Part shown: in pieces, positions 1 to 8,911 of the stretch
Numbering within the stretch: the first letter of the stretch is position 1
Layout: every line of letters starts with the position of its first letter
Assembly (NCBI GenBank): GCA_046292385.1
Contig: JBKBRF010000004.1
Coordinates: 1 to 64,000, forward strand
Direction of reading: 5' to 3'
DNA from: Armatimonadota bacterium
GTDB taxonomy: Bacteria > Armatimonadota > SYMT01
Length of the DNA stretch: 64,000 bases
Notes under the pieces: model-generated
What the model saw: only the letters and a program-made list of their open reading frames with translations
The model's database searches: none
Told to the model about the DNA's origin: nothing
Position numbers and translations under genes: made by a program

Positions 1-82
1 GCTGCCCCGGCGTGGCCGGAGAGGCGGCCACGCCGACGCCGATCAGGAGCGGGGTGAGGGCGAGGAGGGAGCGCGGAGCCAT
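1..82 (-). CDS. 5' end of a probable secreted protein (runs off the window)
   Basis: Minus-strand ATG at 82 gives MAPRSLLALTPLLIGVGVAASPATPG, a signal-peptide-like start, co-oriented with the upstream DUF3500 gene. Confidence 0.55.
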   Translation of the reverse strand, partial: MAPRSLLALTPLLIGVGVAASPATPGQ

Positions 83-90
83 GGGGAGCA

Positions 91-185
91 GAGTGGGAGA
101 GTGGGCGAATGGACGAGTGGGAGAATGGGGGACCGGCTCCCGCGAGCTGCTTCTCCCACTCTCCCACTCTCCCATTCTCCCACTC
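91..185. repeat. Inverted pair of 8-mer tandem arrays (GAGTGGGA-like x5, TCTCCCAC-like x4)
   Basis: 91-130 GAGTGGGA GAGTGGGC GAATGGAC GAGTGGGA GAATGGGG; 152-185 TCTCCCAC TCTCCCAC TCTCCCAT TCTCCCAC TC. Confidence 0.85.
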
Positions 186-194
186 AGTTTCTAA

Positions 195-1265
195 CTACCG
201 CTTGGCGGCAGCGACCTTGTGCGGCGACGCCTGGTAGTGCATCGCGAGCAGGTCCATCCCGAAGTCACCGTTGAAGTCGCGCCACACGCTGTGCACGTGG
301 TTGGCGTTGTTCTGGGTGTTGTCGTACTCGATCAGGAAGGTGCTGCCCTGCACGCGGTAGTAGTGCGGCTGGTCTTTCTCGATGCCACCCATCCACGCGA
401 ACTTGATCTTGTCCGGCCCGGCGGCGCGGATCTTCTGCAGCCGCTCGCGGGCGAGCGCCGGGGCCTGCGTGTTGGCGTACTCGCGGATCAGCTGCAGCAG
501 GATGCCGCGCTGCTCCTGGGTGAGCTCCGGCACGCCGATCCCCTTGTCTTCCTGGATCGCCGCCTTGCGCTCCGCGCTGGTGAGGATGTCGTTGGGGGCG
601 GTGGCGCTGATGACCGCCTTCGCCCGCTGCTCCTCGGAGAGCGACTTCACCAGCGACCGGGCCAGGTCTTCCTCCGCGCGGAGCACGCGGGTGCCCTTCG
701 CCGGCGCGCCCGCCACGTCGACGCGCACCTCCGCGGGGTTGGTGCCGAGGAACTGCGGGCTGCTGGCAACGGTCTTCCCCTTCACCACCGTCCAGTTCAG
801 CGAGCAGTGGTGCCCCTCGTAGCGCCAGCCCCAGGTGCCGCCGTCGGTCGGCTCGCCGAAGACCTGAAAGAAGTAGAGCTCCGGATCGCGCACCGGGCCG
901 CTCCCCTTCTCCTGCGCCAGGAGAATCTTTTCCAGGTCGCGGATGGTGCCGACCTTCTGGTAACCGCTCTCGCTCAGGCCGGCGTTGAGCAGGTCGAGCG
1001 CGGCCGTGCGCTGGGCGGCGTTCATCTCCTTCAGGGAGACACCCTTTCGCTCCCGGGGGATGAAGTGCCAGTTCAGGCGCTCGTCCGAGCTGAACGAAAA
1101 ACTCGCCTTCTGGCGCTGCGCCGGCTCCAGGGTGGAGAGGAGCTTCCGGGCGGCGCCGGCCATGGTCTCGGCGGGCTGCGCGTCCTGCGCGACCGCGTGG
1201 AAGGAAAACGCTCCGGCAATCGCGCAGGTGACTGCGCCGAAAGCGAGGGTAGTGCGACGGATCAT
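195..1265 (-). CDS. DUF3500 domain-containing secreted protein
   Basis: Signal peptide; WGWRYEGHHCSLN, HYYRVQG and EYDNTQNNANHVHSVWRD motifs typical of DUF3500. Confidence 0.85.
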   Translation of the reverse strand: MIRRTTLAFGAVTCAIAGAFSFHAVAQDAQPAETMAGAARKLLSTLEPAQRQKASFSFSSDERLNWHFIPRERKGVSLKEMNAAQRTAALDLLNAGLSESGYQKVGTIRDLEKILLAQEKGSGPVRDPELYFFQVFGEPTDGGTWGWRYEGHHCSLNWTVVKGKTVASSPQFLGTNPAEVRVDVAGAPAKGTRVLRAEEDLARSLVKSLSEEQRAKAVISATAPNDILTSAERKAAIQEDKGIGVPELTQEQRGILLQLIREYANTQAPALARERLQKIRAAGPDKIKFAWMGGIEKDQPHYYRVQGSTFLIEYDNTQNNANHVHSVWRDFNGDFGMDLLAMHYQASPHKVAAAKR

Positions 1266-1445
1266 GCGTGCAAACTCCGGGTGACCCCGCGCCTCGACCG
1301 CTGCGTCTCGCGCCGGGGGTAGTCAGATCGTATTTCCATTCCTCGGTGGCGGTTCCCTGCGTGGGTTCTTTGTTGCGGATCGCCTGGTCCGGCGTAACTC
1401 CGCAGAGCAGCCGGGCGTCAGAACGGATAGTGAATGGAGGGTCGA

Positions 1446-2315
1446 ATGCAAATCCCGCTGCTCCGCGCCGCCCTGCTGATTTCGCTATCCGCGCTCGTCG
1501 CCGGCTGCTCGTCCGAGATACCGGCTTCCAAGATCGCCGCTATGGAGCGGAGTACGGTTGCTCCGGCCGCCGCAGCGCCGGCGGCCGGGTCGGAAGCGGT
1601 CTCCTCTCCCTCGATTCCGGCGGGGATCCCCGCGGCCCACAACCGGAAGATTATCTACACCGCGCAGGTGGAGCTGGTGACCTCGGAGCTGGCGCGGGTG
1701 CAGGACGGGCTGCTGCGGCTGGTCGACAGTCACGGCGGCTTCGTGGCGAGCTCCGACACGCAGGGCGTCTCCGGGCAGTCGCGGGTCGGAGTGTGGACGG
1801 TCCGCGTCCCCTCCGGGCGGTACGGGTCGTTCCTGGACGGCGTCCGGAAGCTGGGCGAGGTGCAGCGGATCCAGAGCGACTCGGACGACGTGACGGAGGA
1901 GTTCGTCGACCTGGAAGCTCGCCTCTCCAACAAAAAGACCGAGGAGGACCGGCTGCTGCGCCACCTGCGGGAGTCGACCGCGAAGCTCAGCGACATCCTG
2001 GCAGTAGAAAGGGAGCTGAGCCGGGTGCGGGAGGAGGTTGAGCGGATCGAGGGTCGGCTGCGGCTGCTGAAGGACCAGACCTCGCTCTCCACGGTCACCC
2101 TCACCGCGCGCGAGGTGGGGGATTACGTGCCGGAATCCCGCGCCACCTTCGCCACGCGCGCCGGGCGCACGTTCAACAGCTCGATCGGGACGCTGGGGGA
2201 GACGGTGCAGATGGGAGCGCTCCTGGTGATCGCGCTCGCGCCGTGGACACTCGTCGCGGCCTTGCTCGCGCTCTCGGTCTGGCTCGTGATCAAGCGGCTG
2301 GCGCGGCAGCCGTAG
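1446..2315 (+). CDS. DUF4349 domain lipoprotein with C-terminal TM helix
   Basis: GGAGG RBS before ATG 1446; lipobox LVAGC; RKIIYTA, DVTEEFVDLEARL, coiled coil, hydrophobic C-terminus. Confidence 0.85.
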   Translation: MQIPLLRAALLISLSALVAGCSSEIPASKIAAMERSTVAPAAAAPAAGSEAVSSPSIPAGIPAAHNRKIIYTAQVELVTSELARVQDGLLRLVDSHGGFVASSDTQGVSGQSRVGVWTVRVPSGRYGSFLDGVRKLGEVQRIQSDSDDVTEEFVDLEARLSNKKTEEDRLLRHLRESTAKLSDILAVERELSRVREEVERIEGRLRLLKDQTSLSTVTLTAREVGDYVPESRATFATRAGRTFNSSIGTLGETVQMGALLVIALAPWTLVAALLALSVWLVIKRLARQP

Positions 2316-2522
2316 GTCTCCCACCTGATTCCCGGATTGACGATCTGCGCTTCGGCCTCCAGGACAGGGAAAAAGTCGACCAACCGACAACTGATTCCCG
2401 CGACTCCTCGACGCGCGATCGACCCCTCGCCTTCCCTGGCTACGCTCCCAAGCGTGCCCAGGGAAGTCTTGCTACCCCGTTTGGTCTGGCACCCACGTGA
2501 TCCGTTACGGAGGCGTACCCGC

Positions 2523-3230
2523 ATGAGTATCGGAAAGGAGTTTCACGTCGCAAGCGAGGTCCGTGAGAGCGGGTTGTTCGTAGTGGTGACGCACCGCGCT
2601 ACGGGGACGCAGCGGATCGCCGGACCGGTGCCGGCTCAGGACGCCGGGTCGGCAGCGGAACGGCTGACAGTAGAGATCCGTGCAGACCTGGAACGCTTCG
2701 AGCTCTCTACCGAGATGCTGGTCACCGTACCGGGGCCGGAGGAAGACGCGCGATGGCTGCGGAGTATCCAGCGGCGCATCCGGGTGGCGGGGCAGGACCC
2801 CGCGCCCCCAGCCACTCCCGATGAGCTGGCAGCCGCGGAGGCGAAGCTCGGTTTTTCGCTGCCGCCGACGCTCAGGCTGCTCTATCTCCGCGTCGGCAAC
2901 GGTGGGTTCGGTCCGGGGTATGGCCTGATGGGAGTCGCCGAAGGAGCGGCGGACGACGAGGGCGAGACCGTGGAGACGTGGTACGCTCGCAGGCGTGCTG
3001 CGGGCCCGGATGAGGCCGGATGGCGCTGGCCGCATCGGCTGCTCCCCCTCTGTTCCTACGGCTGCGCGATCTACTGCTGCGTCGACGCAGCGTCGCCCGA
3101 GGAGCCGGTGCTCCGATTCGACCCTTCCGAGGCGGCGGAAGAAGGGGCGTATGAGGACTGTCTCTCCCCCGAGGGGTACTCCCTGCGGGCGTGGATGGCC
3201 GACTGGGCCGCGGGCTGGGGGTACAACTGA
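2523..3230 (+). CDS. SMI1/KNR4 (SUKH) family protein with extra N-terminal domain
   Basis: GGAGG RBS; PATPDELAAAEAKLGFSLPPTLRLLYLRVGNGGFGP and LLPLCSYGCAIYCCVD motifs. Confidence 0.8.
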   Translation: MSIGKEFHVASEVRESGLFVVVTHRATGTQRIAGPVPAQDAGSAAERLTVEIRADLERFELSTEMLVTVPGPEEDARWLRSIQRRIRVAGQDPAPPATPDELAAAEAKLGFSLPPTLRLLYLRVGNGGFGPGYGLMGVAEGAADDEGETVETWYARRRAAGPDEAGWRWPHRLLPLCSYGCAIYCCVDAASPEEPVLRFDPSEAAEEGAYEDCLSPEGYSLRAWMADWAAGWGYN

Positions 3231-3236
3231 CGGTGA

Positions 3237-3464
3237 CGTATTCCGTATCGCGTATTCCGTAGCGGTCGGTTTTGATCTCACTCCGACAGATCGTGCCGGG
3301 CGAGACGCTTCTTCAGCGCTCCGCTCGGCACCGCGTATTGCAGAGTGGAACCAGTTTGAGCGCGCTCCGAACGATCGTGCCGGTCGAGAGGCTGTCGAGG
3401 CGCTCCGCTCGGCACGACGTATCGCAAAGCGGGACCGGCCACCCGCTACGGAATACGGAATACG
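3237..3464. repeat. REP/BIME-like composite element: terminal inverted repeats enclosing two direct-repeat hairpin units
   Basis: CGTATTCCGTAGCGG (3251-3265) pairs with CCGCTACGGAATACG (3443-3457); internal units GATCGTGCCGG...GCGCTCCGCTCGGCAC at ~3289-3352 and ~3373-3436. Confidence 0.75.
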
Positions 3465-3468
3465 CAAA

Positions 3469-5325
3469 CTACTCCACGAGCGCCGCCAGCTCTTCCCATT
3501 CGGAGTATCTCTCCGTCATCTCCGCGGTGAGCGCTTCGTATTCCGCGGAGAGACTCGAGGGGTCTCCGTTCGCCCAGGTAGAGGCGTCCGCCAGCATCGC
3601 GGCGAGCTCTTTCAGCCGCTCCTCTCCGCGGGCGATCTCTGCTTCCAGCTTCGGGAGCCGCTTGGCGGGTGAGACGGCGCGCTTCTTCGGAGGGGGTGGC
3701 GCCGCGGGCTTCTTCTTGACCGGAGCGGGCGCCGCCGCCTGCGCGGGGAAGCGCTCCCGGTAGCGGCGGTAGCCGCCGTCGAAGAAGCGGTGGGTACCGG
3801 GCCGGATCTCCAGCATGCGGGTCGCGACCGCCTCGATGAAGTAGCGGTCGTGACTCACCACCACCACCGCGCCGGGGTAATTCTTGAGCGCCCGCTCCAC
3901 GCTTTCCCGCGAGGCGATGTCGAGGTGGTTGGTCGGCTCATCCAGGAGGAGCAGGTTGGGCGCCGTAACGAGCAATTTGCAGAGCGCCAGGCGCGTCCGT
4001 TCACCGCCGCTCAGCATCGCCACCTGCTTCTCCAGCGCATCCCCCACGAACAGGAACTGGTGCAGAGCCTGCATCGTCTGGGGATAGTCGAGCATCCCCG
4101 TGCTCCAGATCGTGTCGAACACCGTCTCGTCCGGATCGAGCGAGGAGAGGTCCTGCGCGAAATAGGCGGGCTGGACTCGATAACCGTACGAGACTTCTCC
4201 GCTGCGGGGCTTGAGCAAACCGGCCAACGACTTCAACAGAGTCGTCTTACCGGCGCCGTTGGGACCGATGATCGCGAGGCGCTCGCCGCGCTCCAGGGTG
4301 AAGGTAACGTCCCGGAACAGGGTGCGGTCCCCGAAGCCGTTCTCCACCTTCCGCGCGATCAGCGCCTCGCGTCCGGAAGTAGTGACGTCGCCGGTGCGGA
4401 CCTTCATCTTGCGGTCTTCGCGCGGCCGCTCCAGGTGCTCTTGCTGGAGCTTATCCAGCACCTTCTCCCGGCTGTGCATGGAGTTGAACTTGCGATGGCT
4501 CCGCAGTCGCTGGATGACCGCCTCCTGCCGCGCGATCTCCTCCTGCTGCCGCTGGAACTGCTCCTCCGCCTGCTCCCGCTCCGCCGCTTTCTTGCGCGCG
4601 TAGGCGGTGTAATTACCGCGGTAGGTGCGGGTGACGCCGCGGTGCAGCTCGATGATCTCCTCCGCCACGTCATCCAGAAAGTACCGGTCGTGCGACACGA
4701 TCAAAGCGGCGCCCGGGTACTTCCGCAGGTACTCCTGGAGCCATTCGGAGGCTTCCCAGTCGACGTGGTTGGTTGGCTCATCGAGCAAGAGAAGGTCCGG
4801 CTGCAGCGTCAGGATCTGGGCCAGCGCCAGCCGCGTGCGCTCTCCGCCGCTCAACAGGGTGACGGAGCGGTCCCACGCGTCCTCCAGGAAGCCGAGCCCC
4901 GCCAGCACTTCCTTCGCGCGCGTCTCGCACTCGTAGCCGCCGAGATCCTGGTACAACCGGTGGAGCGCGTCGTAGCGGTCCAGGTTCTCCGGATCGTGCA
5001 GCGCTTCCGCTTCCAGGGCGGTCATCTGCGCCCACGCGGATTGCAGCTCCGCGGTCGGGCGCTGGGCGGCTTCCAGAACGGTGCGCGCGTCACCCAGCAG
5101 TGGCTCCTGGGCCAGCACCGCCACGCGGGCGTTCGGCTGCAGCGTCACGCGGCCGGAATCGGGAGATTCCTCACCGGTGATCAGGCGCAGGATCGTCGTC
5201 TTCCCGGCGCCGTTGGTGCCGATCAGCCCTGCCTTTCGGCCGGGACTAAGGAAGAAGGAGACACCGCCCAGGACCTCCTGATTGCGGTAGCTCTTGTGGA
5301 CTTCGGAAAGGGTGAGGATGGACAT
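3469..5325 (-). CDS. ABC-F family ATP-binding protein (ribosome-associated; Uup/YheS-like)
   Basis: Two ABC cassettes (GTNGAGKTT, GPNGAGKTT; LSGGERTR x2; LLLDEPTNH x2), inter-domain linker, no TM segments, C-terminal coiled coil. Confidence 0.92.
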   Translation of the reverse strand: MSILTLSEVHKSYRNQEVLGGVSFFLSPGRKAGLIGTNGAGKTTILRLITGEESPDSGRVTLQPNARVAVLAQEPLLGDARTVLEAAQRPTAELQSAWAQMTALEAEALHDPENLDRYDALHRLYQDLGGYECETRAKEVLAGLGFLEDAWDRSVTLLSGGERTRLALAQILTLQPDLLLLDEPTNHVDWEASEWLQEYLRKYPGAALIVSHDRYFLDDVAEEIIELHRGVTRTYRGNYTAYARKKAAEREQAEEQFQRQQEEIARQEAVIQRLRSHRKFNSMHSREKVLDKLQQEHLERPREDRKMKVRTGDVTTSGREALIARKVENGFGDRTLFRDVTFTLERGERLAIIGPNGAGKTTLLKSLAGLLKPRSGEVSYGYRVQPAYFAQDLSSLDPDETVFDTIWSTGMLDYPQTMQALHQFLFVGDALEKQVAMLSGGERTRLALCKLLVTAPNLLLLDEPTNHLDIASRESVERALKNYPGAVVVVSHDRYFIEAVATRMLEIRPGTHRFFDGGYRRYRERFPAQAAAPAPVKKKPAAPPPPKKRAVSPAKRLPKLEAEIARGEERLKELAAMLADASTWANGDPSSLSAEYEALTAEMTERYSEWEELAALVE

Positions 5326-5417
5326 GCGCTCGGGCGGGATTCCGGCCCCGTCCAAATGAAACGGCGGGGGAAGAAAGCCCGGGCATGTTACCGGTGTGGA
5401 GGAGGCCCGTCAACTCA

Positions 5418-5468
5418 CGCACGCAGCTTGGAGTTTACAACCGAAGTGTAAACTCCAAGCTGCGTGCG
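5418..5468. repeat. Perfect 22-bp inverted repeat with 7-nt loop
   Basis: CGCACGCAGCTTGGAGTTTACA accgaag TGTAAACTCCAAGCTGCGTGCG. Confidence 0.9.
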
Positions 5469-5525
5469 CCTGAGAGGCGCGATCCTGGGGGAATGGGGCC
5501 GGACCATCGTCCGGCGATCTCCCGA

Positions 5526-5828
5526 TCAGGCTTCTTCGGCAGTCGTGGTGCGGCGGCGCCGGCCGCGAGGCGTGGGCTGCTTCGGCTCGACGGAAGCGTA
5601 GAAACCTTCTTCGTCCCAGCCAGGATTCAACTCCTTGATCTGCTGGGCCGTCCACCTGGCCGTTCCAAGCTGCTTCGTCAGCTTATCCTCCAGCTTTCGG
5701 ACTTCGCTGTCCGAGTTGCGCATCCGGCGAAGCTGCTGCCGAAGCGCGAGCTGCCGCTGTTTAAGGCTTTCAATCTCCTGTTCGAGCGAAGTTACGCTGG
5801 GAGACTGGCGTCGGCGTCCACGAGGCAT
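5526..5828 (-). CDS. Small basic coiled-coil protein with two PRGRRR motifs (possible nucleoid-associated protein)
   Basis: 100 aa; GGAAGGA RBS; TATAAT upstream on minus strand at 5939-5944; protein-like composition. Confidence 0.7.
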   Translation of the reverse strand: MPRGRRRQSPSVTSLEQEIESLKQRQLALRQQLRRMRNSDSEVRKLEDKLTKQLGTARWTAQQIKELNPGWDEEGFYASVEPKQPTPRGRRRRTTTAEEA

Positions 5829-6323
5829 GTTTCGTTTCCTTCCACACTTAAGGTTTGGCGCGACTGCGGATCGCCGGGAGATCTTTACGGCCGTAGCCCG
5901 AGAAAGCGCAGCGCTATTCCATCGGCGAGTCCGGTGCCATTATAACGGGCCATTCAACAATTGCCCGCTAAGGTCCGGTGCCGGCAACTCACGCGGCTCG
6001 CAACATTGAAGTCGCGGCGAGTCGGAACGACGACATCATCCCGGATCATCGCGGCGAGGTTCGCAGGAATCGCCGCCGAGCTGGTGCCCTGCCTCCATTT
6101 AATGGCAGGCGGCGCCGCGGCGTCGGTCAAGAAAACGAGACCACCGGACGGAACTGCCGTCTTACTGCCGGAGTGGCGAGCGTTCAAACCAACTCGAACA
6201 GGACGCGCGGGTGTAGATCAACCCACTTGCATGCTCGGTATTGATAGCTGCAATGTTCACAGGTCTAGCAAGTCGATGCGGGACGCGATCGCACGGTGGA
6301 GTTGGTAGGATGGGGAAGACAAG

Positions 6324-6357
6324 AAAAAAGGCTCCCCGGTGCAAACCGGAGAGCCTT
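6324..6357 (-). terminator. Rho-independent terminator downstream of tRNA-Glu
   Basis: Minus strand AAGGCTCTCCGGT ttgc ACCGGGGAGCCTTTTTT. Confidence 0.85.
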
Positions 6358-6360
6358 CAG

Positions 6361-6433
6361 TAGGGCGTACGGGATTCGAACCCGTGGCCTTCACCTTGAA
6401 AGGGTGACGTGATAACCGCTTCACTAACGCCCC
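6361..6433 (-). tRNA. tRNA-Glu (anticodon UUC), CCA not encoded
   Basis: GGGGCGT/ACGCCCT acceptor stem; anticodon arm TCACC CTTTCAA GGTGA; T-loop GGTTCGAATCC. Confidence 0.95.
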
Positions 6434-6444
6434 ACGCCGACCGC

Positions 6445-6473
6445 ATCATACACGATCTTCCCAGGACTGTGAA
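6445..6473 (-). promoter_or_regulatory. Sigma-70-type promoter of tRNA-Glu
   Basis: Minus strand TTCACA-17 bp-TATGAT ending 11 nt before the tRNA. Confidence 0.65.
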
Positions 6474-6538
6474 GGGGTAACCGAGATTTTCTGCGCCCGG
6501 CTCACAGGCGCCCGCCGGCGCTGCGAGTGGGCAGCACG

Positions 6539-8089
6539 TTAGGGCTTCGGCTTCTCGGTCCGGGGCTTCTCCGCTTTTCCGGCTTCAGCCTGATCCTTCT
6601 CGAAGCGGGCCTTAGCTTCCGCCTCCGCGGTGTCGAGGTCCGCAATCGTCGCCTCCACGCGGGTCCGCAGGCCCGACGGGAGCTCCGGCTGGCCCAGCAG
6701 ATCTTTGAGCGCCAAGTGCGCGGCGCGGGTCTTGCCGTCGATCGCCTGGACCACCAGGAAGGCGAAAGTCGCCTCGAGATCGTCGGGCTGTGATGCCCAG
6801 ACCTGCTCGAGCTGGTAGCGCACCTCGGAGGCGGCAATGTCCCCCTGGATCAGGATCGCCGCCAGGTTGTAGCGGGCGTTGACGTTGTCGATGTCGAGCT
6901 CCACCGCTTTCCGCAGCGCGTCGAGTGCCGCCGCGCGCTCGTCCTCTGCCTGGAGCACTCCGAGCAGCGCGTAGTCCTGCGCCCGCGGCGCCGCGGCGAT
7001 GCGCGCCTTCGCCCGTTCCAGCACCTGCGCGGACGGCTCCCCGCAGACCGACTCCGCGTAGCCGAGCCACTCCGCCGCCAGCCGGCGCTCCGGGCTCTGC
7101 TTCAGCGCTTCCTCCAGGTGTTTCCGGGCGCCGGCCCAGTCTTTGGCCGCCAGGGCTGCCAATCCACGAGCCTCCGAGAGGAAGAGGGCGTCGGTCCCTT
7201 CCGCGCGGAGGCCGTCCAGCGCGCGGGTGAGCGTCTCCCGCTCGGCGGCGGAGATCGGTGCGGTGAGGGCGGCGGCGAACAGGTGGGCGGCGTGCCATGC
7301 CGGAGCGACTTTCCCGCCGCTGCGCGTAAGGAGGGCGAGCAGGGCGGCGCGCTCCGCGGCCGGGTCGGCCTTCTCCGGAGCCTCCAGCAGCCCCTTGGGC
7401 AGCATCGAGGCCATGAACGGCAGCACGCGTCCCAGCGCGAGGAGCGCCCCGTGCGGCGGCAGCTCCGCCGGCGCGAGCTCGACGGCGCGCAGGTAGGCCT
7501 TACGGGCCGCGGCCGCGGCGCTCCGCAGCTCCTCCGCCTGCGGTGCCTCCGCGGGCTTGCCACCGTCGGTCAACCGCACCAGAACCCGCCAGGCCGCGTC
7601 GGCGCGCCGGAGCTGGGCGTCGCCCAGCAGCATCTGGACCTTCCACGAATCGCCCTGCAGCTTCGCCAGCTTCTCCGCGGCGCTCGCGGCCCGATCCGCC
7701 GGCCCCCCGCCGATGAGGCACTCCACCAGCAGCTCCAGCAGCGCCGGGGTCTCGCCGTCCCGCTTGACCTGCGCGTCCACCAGCCCCAGGGCGATCCGCC
7801 ACTCGCGCGGCGCGCTCGGGTCCGCCGCGGCCTCCGCGGCGCGGGCGAGCTGCATCCGTACGGCGATGCCGGTGGGGTCCTGCGCCAGGGCAGCGCGCGC
7901 CGCCTCCAGGTCCCGCCGCGGATCCGGCCGGAGCGGGTAGCGGAGCTGCGCCGGGTTGAAGCCGGCCGGCAGCAGGTAGGCCGGCCGGATCCGCGCGGCG
8001 ACCTGGGCCGGCGTCACCTCCGCGTGAGCGCGGAGTGGGAGCGCGGCGGCCGCTGCCGCAGCGAAGAGCCAGACGAGACGTTTCACCAT
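6539..8089 (-). CDS. Secreted tetratricopeptide-repeat protein
   Basis: Signal peptide MVKRLVWLFAAAAAAALPLRAHA; TPR-like helices (ALRKAVELDIDNVNARYNLA). Confidence 0.75.
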   Translation of the reverse strand: MVKRLVWLFAAAAAAALPLRAHAEVTPAQVAARIRPAYLLPAGFNPAQLRYPLRPDPRRDLEAARAALAQDPTGIAVRMQLARAAEAAADPSAPREWRIALGLVDAQVKRDGETPALLELLVECLIGGGPADRAASAAEKLAKLQGDSWKVQMLLGDAQLRRADAAWRVLVRLTDGGKPAEAPQAEELRSAAAAARKAYLRAVELAPAELPPHGALLALGRVLPFMASMLPKGLLEAPEKADPAAERAALLALLTRSGGKVAPAWHAAHLFAAALTAPISAAERETLTRALDGLRAEGTDALFLSEARGLAALAAKDWAGARKHLEEALKQSPERRLAAEWLGYAESVCGEPSAQVLERAKARIAAAPRAQDYALLGVLQAEDERAAALDALRKAVELDIDNVNARYNLAAILIQGDIAASEVRYQLEQVWASQPDDLEATFAFLVVQAIDGKTRAAHLALKDLLGQPELPSGLRTRVEATIADLDTAEAEAKARFEKDQAEAGKAEKPRTEKPKP

Positions 8090-8533
8090 GAGGAGAGCCC
8101 TGCAGGACGGAGAGAAGAGCGCGCGGCGTCGAGCCGCCACTCACTAGAGTCGGCGGCTCGGTCGTATCGGCGCAGCGGCGCCCGGGATCAGATGGTACAT
8201 GGTAGGCGACCCGCGGCGACTTTTAAGCTGTTCCTGGCGGGGCGTTGAGGATTCCGCATCCGCCACCTACAACGTGAGTGAGGAAGCGGCCCCCGGACGA
8301 GGGTACTGCACTTCTTTAGTGGGTTGGCACACGAGTAGACGAGGCCGGCCGGGTGTGATATCGTCGATCTTGGTGCATCCCGCGAGACTGCCTTCTCTGT
8401 CTTTCAAGATGTCGCCACGTTTGCCGGTTTGCCGATGAACCGGGAGCTCGCCTTGCGAGCCTGCCGGAATGCCGCCTGCTCCGTTCGGGGCCGGCGCAAC
8501 GGATGAGAACCGACAGCGGAAGCTCCTGAAACG

Positions 8534-8911
8534 ATGAGATTACGCTCCAGATTGCCGAACTGGCTCATCCTGACGCTGGCGTATCTCTTTGTCATCGTCT
8601 CGGTGGCGCTGCCTGCCTCGGCGATTCCGCTGCAGTTGCTGGCACGCACCACGCCGGTGCGGAACGCGGAGATCCCGCCGGAGCATCACGAGATCCCGAC
8701 CGCGAAGGTCGCGGAGCTCAAGATGATGAGCCGGCGCCCGAGGCGGGTCCACCGCTTCGAGACGCTTTGCGTTCAGGTTCTCTGGAGTGTTGCCCACGAC
8801 CAGCTCCGCGCTCCGGTTGCGGAAGACTGGGTTCGCACGCAGGTCCACCTGCCTCCACGGGGCGACTACCTCGCCTCTCCCCTGGGCCTTCGCGCCCCTC
8901 CTGCCGCCTGA
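8534..8911 (+). CDS. Leader protein with hydrophobic N-terminus and C-terminal RAPP motif (candidate arrest peptide)
   Basis: N-terminal hydrophobic segment WLILTLAYLFVIVSVAL; ends LGLRAPPAA-stop; lies upstream of carbonic anhydrase. Confidence 0.6.
   Translation: MRLRSRLPNWLILTLAYLFVIVSVALPASAIPLQLLARTTPVRNAEIPPEHHEIPTAKVAELKMMSRRPRRVHRFETLCVQVLWSVAHDQLRAPVAEDWVRTQVHLPPRGDYLASPLGLRAPPAA

Noticed and set aside
3289..3436. Two direct repeats with a spacer as a mini-CRISPR
   Set aside because: Only two degenerate ~64-bp units with a ~20-bp gap, enclosed by inverted repeats; no cas genes
5830..6320. Hidden ncRNA or ORF between the 100-aa gene and tRNA-Glu
   Set aside because: No RNA family signature or convincing ORF seen; treated as promoter region
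6361..6433. tRNA-Glu as an island attachment site
   Set aside because: No duplicate of the tRNA 3' end noticed, no integrase, and the native terminator follows directly
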